A stretch of DNA of 64,000 nt, taken from positions 2,656,001 to 2,720,000 of the forward strand of contig OY970399.1 of the NCBI GenBank assembly GCA_963720545.1, given 5' to 3'. The translations under genes were made by a program, and so were the position numbers. Source of the stretch: an uncultured Acidobacteriota bacterium. Its GTDB lineage: Bacteria > Acidobacteriota > Vicinamibacteria > Fen-336. Below the pieces are notes generated by a model. That model had not been told where the DNA came from. It made no database searches and saw nothing but the letters and a program-made list of their open reading frames with translations. This document shows positions 33,555 to 41,760 of this stretch, one piece after another (the stretch's first letter is position 1; every line of letters starts with the position of its first letter).

Positions 33555-34727
33555 TCAGTCGATTCGTTCGGCATAGCGTTCGACAGCCTGGCCATCGGCC
33601 TCGACGACGACAGCAGCCAGGCGTCCCCGCCCGTTGCGGGCCATGTCGAGGCGAACATACCCCGGTTCGCCCGAAGCGAAGTGCGTGGCCGGCAGCCGGG
33701 TGGGAATTCGTGTGTGGTGGAAGGCGCCGGCGCCGCTCACGATCAGCCACCTTGCGAGGCCGCCGCCCTCGAGCAGCTGGATGCCGTGCTCGTGGCCGGC
33801 GGCCCAGGCGAACGGCGGATGCTCGCGCAGCACCGGGTTCAGGACCGACAGCATGTGCTCGTAGACGGCTGCCGGCGCGTCCTGCGGATACCAGCCGAGG
33901 GAGCGGCCCGCCGGGATGAGGGAGCCGACGACCGGCAGCGGCAGCCACAGCCAGCCCTTCCAGGCGCGCAGGGGAAAGAGATGATCGCGCATGGTGAAGT
34001 GGCCGCCGTGGCCGCCGCCCGAAACCGGCGGATGATGCGACACCAGGATCACCGGTCGGCGATCCGCGGGAGCGAGTGCCACGCGCAGCGCCGCCTGCAC
34101 CTCGCTGTCATTTGCCGCCGCGCAGGACGATCCGGGATTGCGCGGCTTCTCGCCCTGCTCGATCCACCACTGGGTGTCCAGGGCGACAATGCGCGCGCCA
34201 GGCATGAGATCGTCCTCGACCGTGGGGCCCGGGCACGCGTCTCGCGGCCGGAATCGCACCTGCGGGCGGCCGATCTCCTCGACGTAGTCGGCCTGACGCT
34301 TGACCGTCTGCCAGCCCGGCTCGCGGTCCTCGCCCCAGTCATGGTTCCCCGGGATGAACATGCTGCGGGCGCCCGAAGCCTTGAGCGGCGCCAACTGCGC
34401 GGTGAGGCGGGCGACGGCTTCGGCCCGCGTTGCATCGCCTTCCGGGGGCAGGCCCGCATCGTAGACGTTGTCGCCCAGCACCAGCACCGCGGTTGAAGCA
34501 GGGTTGGCGCGGGCCTCGCGGGCGATCGCGGCGAAGATCGGCGCGACGTTGCGCACCGGCTCGCCGGCATCGCCGACGAAGAGCAGCGTGAACAGGCGCT
34601 CGCCCGCGCCGAGCTGCGGCACGGCGCGGGCAGCGGCCAGCTCGGCGTCGTTGCGGGAATTCTCGGAGCACGCACAGCACGCGGCCAGCGCGAAAGCCAT
34701 GGCAAAGGCGCGAAGCGACGCACGCAC
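33555..34727 (-). CDS. Calcineurin-like metallophosphoesterase (lipoprotein)
   Basis: LAAC lipobox, VGDAG, LGDNVY, PGNHDW, SHHP, AGHEH. GTG start inferred. Confidence 0.85.
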   Translation of the reverse strand: MRASLRAFAMAFALAACCACSENSRNDAELAAARAVPQLGAGERLFTLLFVGDAGEPVRNVAPIFAAIAREARANPASTAVLVLGDNVYDAGLPPEGDATRAEAVARLTAQLAPLKASGARSMFIPGNHDWGEDREPGWQTVKRQADYVEEIGRPQVRFRPRDACPGPTVEDDLMPGARIVALDTQWWIEQGEKPRNPGSSCAAANDSEVQAALRVALAPADRRPVILVSHHPPVSGGGHGGHFTMRDHLFPLRAWKGWLWLPLPVVGSLIPAGRSLGWYPQDAPAAVYEHMLSVLNPVLREHPPFAWAAGHEHGIQLLEGGGLARWLIVSGAGAFHHTRIPTRLPATHFASGEPGYVRLDMARNGRGRLAAVVVEADGQAVERYAERID

Positions 34728-34732
34728 GACCG

Positions 34733-36046
34733 CTAGGCCGCGGCCTTGCTCGTCTCCGCTGCGTTCAGCTTCAGCACCCTGAACGCTAGAAACAGCCACA
34801 GCGCCACGAGCGCGAGGTTCACCACCGCGAAACCGCGGATGCCGAGCCCGAGCTGTGTCGTGCCGACGAACACCAGCACCGCCGCCAACACGTCGCCGGA
34901 ACGCACGAAGAAGGTGTCGATCGCCTGCTTGGCCTTGTACTTTTCCTCGCGGCTCGTCGGCAGCCACAGCAACTGCTTGGCGGTGTTCATCAAGGAATAA
35001 TCGGTGCCGTTCTCGGCGATCTTCGCGAGGCGCACCAGCATCAGGCCGGCGCCCGCCGCCATGATCGAATAGCTGCCGAGCGCCACGATCGGCAGCGCCA
35101 GCAGCACGCCGCGCAGGCCCATGGCCTTGACGAGGCGCGAGGCGACGAACGCCTGCAGCAGTGCCGCGAGCACCGAAGTCCAGAACAGGTAGTCGCCGTA
35201 GAAGCCGCCGATGAAGGCCTTCTTGTCGGCAAGGCTCGCCGCTGCCTCGGTAACCTTGGTGCTCAGCAGGAACTCTCCGGCGGTGTTCACCAGGTTCGTC
35301 ATGATGAGCAGCACGCCTATCGCCAGCAGGTAGGAGCTCTTGAAGACGAGGGCGAACCCGTCGCCCTTCGCGAGCACCGGCTCGGCGGCCGGGGTGCGCT
35401 GCCGCGCCTTCGCCAGGTGGTTCATGAGGTAGTAGAGGCCGAGCGAGACCAGCAGGATCGCGCCGCTCAGCCGCAGCATGAAGTGCAGCGGCTGGCCCAT
35501 CTTGAACAGCTGGCCGGCGATCTTCGCGCCGATCGGGCTGCCGAGCGTGGCGCCGATGGCGATGACGGGGAACAGCCGCTCGCCCATTTCCTTCGTATAG
35601 ATGTCGTTCGCGTAGCTCCAGAACTGCGCGATGATCGAGAGGTTGAAGATCCCGACCCAGATATAGAACACGACGCCGACGAAGCGCACGTCGAGCCTGA
35701 TCGCCACCTCGAACAGGATGATGCAGGCGACGAAGAACAGGTTGAGGGCGACGATGAGGCTGGAGCGCTTCAGGCGCGCGGCAAGCCAGCTGTAGATGGG
35801 GATGAAGGCGATTAGGGCGAGCGCCTGTCCGGCAGAGGCGTAGGTCTTCACCGCGGCGCCGCCGCCGGTGAGGATGAGCGGCTCGCGCACGGTCTTGATG
35901 ATGTAGTAGCCGAGCAGGATGAGGAAGACGTTCGCGAACATCAGCAGCACGCCGACGCCCTCGCCCCCGCGGACGTCGCTGAAGAGGCGCAGGAAACGGT
36001 CGAGGGGGGTGAGCGGGGCCGAGGAGCTTTGATCCTGGTTCGCCAT
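34733..36046 (-). CDS. Npt1/Npt2 (TLC/NTT) family nucleotide exchange transporter
   Basis: About 12 hydrophobic segments, YYIIKTVREPLIL, FYIWVGIFNL...QFWSYANDIY...RLFP, DYSL, KYKAKQAIDTFFVRSGD. Confidence 0.88.
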   Translation of the reverse strand: MANQDQSSSAPLTPLDRFLRLFSDVRGGEGVGVLLMFANVFLILLGYYIIKTVREPLILTGGGAAVKTYASAGQALALIAFIPIYSWLAARLKRSSLIVALNLFFVACIILFEVAIRLDVRFVGVVFYIWVGIFNLSIIAQFWSYANDIYTKEMGERLFPVIAIGATLGSPIGAKIAGQLFKMGQPLHFMLRLSGAILLVSLGLYYLMNHLAKARQRTPAAEPVLAKGDGFALVFKSSYLLAIGVLLIMTNLVNTAGEFLLSTKVTEAAASLADKKAFIGGFYGDYLFWTSVLAALLQAFVASRLVKAMGLRGVLLALPIVALGSYSIMAAGAGLMLVRLAKIAENGTDYSLMNTAKQLLWLPTSREEKYKAKQAIDTFFVRSGDVLAAVLVFVGTTQLGLGIRGFAVVNLALVALWLFLAFRVLKLNAAETSKAAA

Positions 36047-36161
36047 GCGGGTTTTGGTGGCCGGACGATATCACACCCGTCCGGCGCCGCCCGAGACTGC
36101 CTGCAGGTTGGGGGCTACAATCGGCGCCGATATCCCCCCTTGAAAGGGAAGGTCGGCACCC

Positions 36162-37256
36162 ATGAAGGCTTTTCGGGCGCACCTCTTTGTACCCCTTCTT
36201 TTCGTTGCCACCGGCGTCGCTTGTGGCGCCTGTGCCCACCGGGAGCTGAAGCCCGGCGAGGCCTTGACCGAGGAGGCGCGCCTCGAGGCCATCCGGCGGG
36301 CGCACGTCTGGTCGCCTGTGGTCGTCCGCAACGTCAACTTCAGGGTCGGGCCAAGCGACAAGAACAGGCCTGCGCCTGGCCAGTGGATCACCTGCGATTA
36401 CAAGCCCACCGAATCCGGCGGCAAGTCGCCCAAGTTCACCTGCGTCGGCAGCCGCGGCCAGGAGTACAAGGTCAAGTACGGCGACGACAACGCCGAGGTG
36501 ATCGGTGAGGTGCTCGCCTCACGGCTCTTGTGGGGGCTCGGCTTCGGCGCCGACCGCATGTATCCCGTGCGGGTGCGCTGCCGCGGGTGTTCCGCGGACC
36601 CGGCGGAGCACAAGGAACGCGCCGCCGGCACGGCGGTCTTCGACCCGGCGGCGATCGAGTGGCGACTGCCGGGGCGGACGCTCGAGACGCGGCCCGATTC
36701 CGGGTGGAAATGGGACGAGCTCGACGAGATCGGCCCGGGCGCGCCGCCCGGCGAGCGCGCGCACCGCGAAGGCCTCAAGCTGCTGGCGGCGTTCATCCAG
36801 CACACCGACAGCAAGTCCGACAACCAGCGCCTCAGTTGTCCGCCCGGCGCCTCTGTCGGGCGCACCGGCTGCCGCGCGCCTTTGATGATGATCCACGACC
36901 TCGGCCTGACGTTCGGCCGCAGCTCGCTGCTGAACAAGAACGAAAACAGCGTCAGGCTTGCCAGGTGGGCGACGCTGCCGGTGTGGAAGAACCCGGCGAC
37001 CTGCGAGGCCCAGCTCGGCGGATCGCTCACCGGGACCCTGAGCAACCCCGTGATCCGCGAGGAAGGCCGCGCGTTCCTGGCCGGCCTGCTGGCACAGCTG
37101 AGCGACGCGCAGCTTCGCGACCTGTTCGAAATCTCCGGCGTGAAGCATCGACCGGCCGACAGCAAGGATGAGACGGCACCCGCCTCGGTCGAACAGTGGG
37201 TGGCCGCGTTCAAGGACAAGCGGGCCCAGGTGGTGGACCACCGCTGCCCGAACTAG
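36162..37256 (+). CDS. Exported (lipo)protein with atypical protein-kinase-like fold
   Basis: Signal ending VACGAC. GGKSPKF, YKVKY, GEVLASRLLWGLGF, catalytic-loop-like HTDSKSDN, DFG-like HDLG. Confidence 0.65.
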   Translation: MKAFRAHLFVPLLFVATGVACGACAHRELKPGEALTEEARLEAIRRAHVWSPVVVRNVNFRVGPSDKNRPAPGQWITCDYKPTESGGKSPKFTCVGSRGQEYKVKYGDDNAEVIGEVLASRLLWGLGFGADRMYPVRVRCRGCSADPAEHKERAAGTAVFDPAAIEWRLPGRTLETRPDSGWKWDELDEIGPGAPPGERAHREGLKLLAAFIQHTDSKSDNQRLSCPPGASVGRTGCRAPLMMIHDLGLTFGRSSLLNKNENSVRLARWATLPVWKNPATCEAQLGGSLTGTLSNPVIREEGRAFLAGLLAQLSDAQLRDLFEISGVKHRPADSKDETAPASVEQWVAAFKDKRAQVVDHRCPN

Positions 37257-38384
37257 GACGGCGTCGGCGTCGGTGAGGGCTTCGGCGTCGGCTTCGCCGC
37301 CGGCGGCTTTGCAGTCGATTTCGGTGAGGCCGTCGGAGTCGGCTTCGGGGTCGGCTTCGGCGGTCGGCGGCCCTGGTCCCTCGGGCGTCGAGCGGCCCGG
37401 CGTCCCGACCTTGGGCACCGCCACCTCGACCGGCTTCGCTTCCGGCGACGCGGGCTTGGCCTCGGCGGGCGCGCCCGGCCGATGGATCTCGCCCGAGTCG
37501 ATCGTCTGGCCGGCGCGGTTGATCGTCTGGTAGTAGAGGTCGTTGCCGGCGATTTCCACGAGCATGAAGTGGTAGTCGGCGTCGTACTCCTTCGCCGTGA
37601 TGCCGGAGGCGCGGTTGCCGCTGCGCAGCGAGCCGCCGGCGCCCGAGACGAAGTAAGTGATGTCGCCCTTCTGCGGCTTGGTGCGCTCGTAGAAATGGTC
37701 GTGGCCTGAGAACACCACGCTGACGCTGTTCTTGACGAACAGCGGCTCGAGCACCGCGCGCGACTCGAGCGAGGAGCCGTGCAGCGCGCCCGACGAGTAG
37801 AGCGGATGATGGAAGTAGGCGACCTTCCATTCCGAGTCCGACTCGGCGAGCGTCTTGTCCACCCAGGTGAGCTGCTCCTTGTCGAGGTAGTTGCTGTCTA
37901 GCGCGTAGAAGCGCACGCTGCCCTCGCCCTTCCCTGGCCCGCTCGGTCCGCGGAACGTGTAAAAGCGCTGGCCGTCCATGTTGAACGGCTTGTAGAAGCG
38001 CTGGTTCGGGTTGTCGTGGTTGCCGAGGCTCGCGTAGAACTTCACGCCCTTGTCGAGGAGAGCCTTGTACGGGTCCTCGAACTTGAGCTTCATGTCGGCG
38101 GGACTGTCGGCGCCGTAGATGTTGTCGCCCAGCATGATGACGAACTCAAACGGGAACACCTCGTGGAAGGCGGCCATCTGCGCGCCCACCTCGTACTGCT
38201 CGCGGCGGCCGCGGCCGCTGTCGCCGATCACGCCGAAGCGCACCGAGCCGTCCTTGCGCGGCAGCTTCAGCGCGGTCTTGGCGCTGTCGTTCGACGCCTG
38301 CGAGACCTCGCGCGGCGCCTGCGAGGCAGGGCACTGGCCGAGGCCGAGCGCCAGCAGCAGGGTTAGGAACGCGGCGCCTCTCAA
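37253..38384 (-). CDS. Exported metallophosphoesterase (purple-acid-phosphatase-like) with Pro/Lys/Thr-rich tail; frameshift near 37370
   Basis: IGDSG, LGDNIY, LGNHD, FHHP, SGHDHFYER. The tail PKPTPKPTPTASPK...PTPTPS ends at TAG 37253-37255 in the alternative frame. Confidence 0.85.
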
Positions 38385-38388
38385 GATC

Positions 38389-39036
38389 TCACTTCGCCGG
38401 CAGCGGGGGAGTGCCGGCCGGCAGGAAGTCGACGATGAGGCTCGTGACCGAATCGAACAGGATCAGGTCGCGCCCGACGAAGCGGTACTGCAGCGGCGCC
38501 GGCAGCACCGGCAGCGTGGCGAGGACGCTTGCCGGCACGGTCGAGAGCGCTGCGCCCGATGGATACTCCGTATTGACGCGTGGCTTCACCGGCACCGACT
38601 CCCCGTCTTTCTGCGGGTTGCCTTCGACCACGGCGCTGCGGGCCGCACCGGTGTCCGGGCCCTGCAGCTCCTTCGCCAGCAGCCGCCTGAACACCGGCTG
38701 CACGGCTGGCGTGAAGATGTCGCCCTGCTTTGCCTGCTGGCGGGCTGCGACGATTGCGGCGGCGAGCGACGTCGTCTTCGCGTCGGCGCCCGCCGCGCTG
38801 TCGGCCCTGGGCGTGCCGAGCTTCGCAGCCTCGCGCGCATGGAGCGCAGCGTACTGCGCGACCGCGTCGCGAAACGCCTTCAGCGCCGCCTGTTCGGCCG
38901 GGCTCATCGGCACCTGCGGGCCCGCCTCGGCCTTTTTCACCTTGTTCGCCACCTTGGCGGCGGTGTCGGGCGGCGGCTGTTGCGCGAGACTACCGGCGAG
39001 AACGGCGAGGCCTAGACAACCTGCGAAGAACCCCAT
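38389..39036 (-). CDS. Exported hypothetical protein
   Basis: Signal peptide. Structured-looking C-terminus VNTEYP...TVPASVLATLPVLPAPLQYRFVGRDLILFD...LIVDFLP. Tightly packed in the operon. Confidence 0.7.
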   Translation of the reverse strand: MGFFAGCLGLAVLAGSLAQQPPPDTAAKVANKVKKAEAGPQVPMSPAEQAALKAFRDAVAQYAALHAREAAKLGTPRADSAAGADAKTTSLAAAIVAARQQAKQGDIFTPAVQPVFRRLLAKELQGPDTGAARSAVVEGNPQKDGESVPVKPRVNTEYPSGAALSTVPASVLATLPVLPAPLQYRFVGRDLILFDSVTSLIVDFLPAGTPPLPAK

Positions 39037-39049
39037 GGCGCTGCTCCAG

Positions 39050-39961
39050 TCATTTGCCGCTTGCCGGCTTTGCTTTCACCTTACGCCGCGGCTTGCCCTT
39101 TTTGCCAGCGACCGCCACCCCGTGCATGGCGCCGAGCGCCGCCGCCCAGTCCTCCTCGAAAATCGCCGCCATCTTCGCCACCACCTTGCGGTCCTTGACG
39201 ATGACGCCGACCTCGCGACGGTGGTCGAGCTCCAGCTTGCGCAGGCCCTGGCTGCCCATGAACGCCTGCTTGCCGTCGCGGATCACGGCGCGCAGGTGCA
39301 GCCGCACGCCGGGAATCTTGAGTGCCGTGAGTCCGCCGCCCGCCTTGCCCAGGATGCGCACGCTGACGCCGGCAGCGATGCGCTCCTTGATGATGCGGAT
39401 CATGCGCGTGTCGGTGAGCTTGGGGACGTGATAGATGAGCAGCTCCTTGCGCGCGCCCTTCAGGTACTCGGCCAGCCGCTCGCGCGAGTTGACCGGGCTC
39501 ACGAGGAACGACTTGGAGCCGGCCGCGTAGTCCTGGCGCAGCGAATCGGCCTCGAACAGCTTGAGCGCCTCTGCCACCAGCTCGCGCTTCTTGGAAACGA
39601 CCGCGAAGCTGCGGCTCTTCAGGTCGAGCGCCGTGTAGTTGAAGGCCAGGATGTACACGCTCTTGCGGTCCACCACCATCACCTTGCTGTGGTAGCGGAC
39701 CAGGTCGGTGTCGGTGCGGCGCACGCCGGCGCCGGTCTTGAGCAGCGCCTGCTCGAGGCGGCGCAGCTTCTTCTCGCCGCCGCGGTTGGTGTGCGCGATC
39801 AGGGTGCGCACCGCGACACCGCGGCCGGCGGCAACGGCGAGCAACTCGGCGATGTCGCGGCGGTCGAGGCGGAAGATGCCGACGTCGAGACTGGTCTTCG
39901 CCTTGCGGATCGCGCTCAGGATTGGCTCGATGCCGTCGTCGGGCTGGATGATGAGCTTCAT
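39050..39961 (-). CDS. Phospholipase D-superfamily protein (two PLD domains)
   Basis: YHSKVMVVD (HKD) and variant LHLRAVIRD...GSQ. Basic C-terminal tail. ATG overlaps the upstream TGA. Confidence 0.8.
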   Translation of the reverse strand: MKLIIQPDDGIEPILSAIRKAKTSLDVGIFRLDRRDIAELLAVAAGRGVAVRTLIAHTNRGGEKKLRRLEQALLKTGAGVRRTDTDLVRYHSKVMVVDRKSVYILAFNYTALDLKSRSFAVVSKKRELVAEALKLFEADSLRQDYAAGSKSFLVSPVNSRERLAEYLKGARKELLIYHVPKLTDTRMIRIIKERIAAGVSVRILGKAGGGLTALKIPGVRLHLRAVIRDGKQAFMGSQGLRKLELDHRREVGVIVKDRKVVAKMAAIFEEDWAAALGAMHGVAVAGKKGKPRRKVKAKPASGK

Positions 39962-40671
39962 TTGCCTGGCTTCTTTTCCGCCCAGGCCACTTCCACGGCT
40001 TCGCCCTGGCGCAGCGCCACAATCATCTCGGAGAGCTGGTCCGTGCCCTTGCCCTGCGGCACTTCGGCGGAGTACGTCATCTCCTTTTCGGTGGAGGCGC
40101 GCAACTCGAACTTCACGCCGTGCTTCTTCAGCAGCGACTCGAGCGCCGGCTTGAGCGCCGCAGGGTCGCGGGCTGCGATCTTCAGGTCGAAGGAAGCCGT
40201 CGGCCACGGCGCACGCCACTCGAGGATGCGCAGCACGCCGATGATGAAGAGGGTGCCGGCCGTGGCGAGATAGATGAGCCCGACGCCGGAGGCGAGGCCG
40301 ACGGCGAGGCAGGCGAGCAGCACGCTGGCGTCCTTCGGGTCGTCGATCTTGGCGCGGTAACGCACCAGCCCGGCGACGCCGGCGATCGCGAAGGCGCGCG
40401 CCAGGCTGGCGCCGACGATCAGCATCACCAGCGAGCCGACGATCGCCAGCATGATCTGCGTCTGGATGACGGTCGCGCCGCGCGGCGGACCGCCGGCCGG
40501 CCGAGGCCGGAAGGCGAGCACCGCCCCCAGCGCTCCCGCCACCAGCAGGCACAGGAGCGAGTGGCCGAGGTCGGCAAACGTGAAATCGGCGATCTGGTTG
40601 ATCGCCGTCAGCGAGCGCGGCGTCTCCTCGCCCGCGGGCGCAACCGCCAGCAGCACGAGCAAAGAATCCAT
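39958..40671 (-). CDS. DUF4956 / MgtC-like membrane protein
   Basis: Transmembrane segments with ARAFAIAGVAGLVRYRAKIDDPKDASVLLACLAVGLASGVG, and a C-terminal ACT-like region. Confidence 0.78.
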   Translation of the reverse strand: MDSLLVLLAVAPAGEETPRSLTAINQIADFTFADLGHSLLCLLVAGALGAVLAFRPRPAGGPPRGATVIQTQIMLAIVGSLVMLIVGASLARAFAIAGVAGLVRYRAKIDDPKDASVLLACLAVGLASGVGLIYLATAGTLFIIGVLRILEWRAPWPTASFDLKIAARDPAALKPALESLLKKHGVKFELRASTEKEMTYSAEVPQGKGTDQLSEMIVALRQGEAVEVAWAEKKPGK

Positions 40672-40749
40672 GTTCTAGAGGCCCTCCGCGGCCAGTCCGG
40701 CAGGCCGAGAATCTATCACTCAGTCTGCCGCCTACCGAGGGGGGCCGCC

Positions 40750-41760
40750 TCAGCCGGCTTTCGACATGCCGGCTATGGATACCGCGCCGCTCGCGCGCTC
40801 CACCCCGGCGCGCATCTTGGAGATGCGGATGACGTCGGTCGCGATCACCTGCAGGTAGTCGCTCGCCATCTCGAAATTGTCCTCGAACACGTCGAGCAAC
40901 GTCTCCGCCACGGTGTGCAGCGCCGTCACCTCGGTGCGCGCCGTGGCGTCGTAGAAGCGCGGCGTCTCGGAGATGCTCTCGATCGAGCCGAGCGGGCCGC
41001 CGGGGCCGAGGGTGAAGTCGATCGCATCCTCGTCGGAGCGGCAGCGCACAGCGCCGTCGATGATGACGAAGATGCCGCCCGAGGCGTCGCCCTTCTTCCA
41101 GATCTCGGTGCCGGCATCGAAGCGCACCTCGTTCATGCCGCGCGACAGCTCGGCAAGCGCGTTGATGCTGCTGCGCTTGAAGATCGGCGCCTTGCGCAGG
41201 AACGCGATGCGCTCGACGAAGTCCATCTCCTTGCGCGGCGCCGGCATGTCGAAGCTGCTGAGGTCGGTGAACACCCAGGGGTTCTCGATGAGCAGCGCGA
41301 GCAGTCGCTTCGAGCTGCCCTTGATCATCCCGTAGGTGAGGTTGAAACGGTCCTCGAGCACCTCCATGAGCGCCTCGGCGTCGATGTCGAGGCAGTGCAC
41401 GTCGGTGGCGGCGATCGCCTCGAGTCCCTGCGGGTCCTTGGCCATGTATTGCAGCCAGCCGACGGCGTCGCCAGGCCCAAGACTGGCGAGCTGCAGGTCC
41501 TCGGTGCGGATCTCGACCTGGCCTTCGATGATGAGGTGGATGGTGTCCACCATCTCGCCCATGTGCCGCATGACGGCGCCCTTGGGGAAGTAGCGCTCGC
41601 TGCACAGCTCGGCGATCACCGCGAGGTCGGTGGAGCGCGCACCGCCGGTGGCGTCGAACATCCGCAGGTACAGCACCCGCTCCAGGAGCGACGTGGAACG
41701 CACGCCGTCGACGGTTTCCCTGCGGCGAGAGCGCAGCCTCGGCTTCGACTTACCCGGCAC
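40750..41760 (-). CDS. Tandem cyclic-nucleotide-binding-domain protein
   Basis: Two repeats: LERVLYLRMF...FPKG...LIIEGQVEI and VERIAFLRKAPIF...FDAG...VIIDGAV. GTG start with AAAGGA RBS, overlapping the upstream stop. Confidence 0.82.
   Translation of the reverse strand: MPGKSKPRLRSRRRETVDGVRSTSLLERVLYLRMFDATGGARSTDLAVIAELCSERYFPKGAVMRHMGEMVDTIHLIIEGQVEIRTEDLQLASLGPGDAVGWLQYMAKDPQGLEAIAATDVHCLDIDAEALMEVLEDRFNLTYGMIKGSSKRLLALLIENPWVFTDLSSFDMPAPRKEMDFVERIAFLRKAPIFKRSSINALAELSRGMNEVRFDAGTEIWKKGDASGGIFVIIDGAVRCRSDEDAIDFTLGPGGPLGSIESISETPRFYDATARTEVTALHTVAETLLDVFEDNFEMASDYLQVIATDVIRISKMRAGVERASGAVSIAGMSKAG

Noticed and set aside
36519..37252. 621-aa phosphoesterase ORF overlapping the kinase-like gene on the opposite strand
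   Set aside because: Probable frameshift artefact. The alternative frame gives a Pro/Lys/Thr tail ending at TAG 37253.
37257..37365. Short tandem GTCGGC-type repeats as a CRISPR or VNTR
   Set aside because: They encode the low-complexity PKPT tail and have no repeat-spacer structure.
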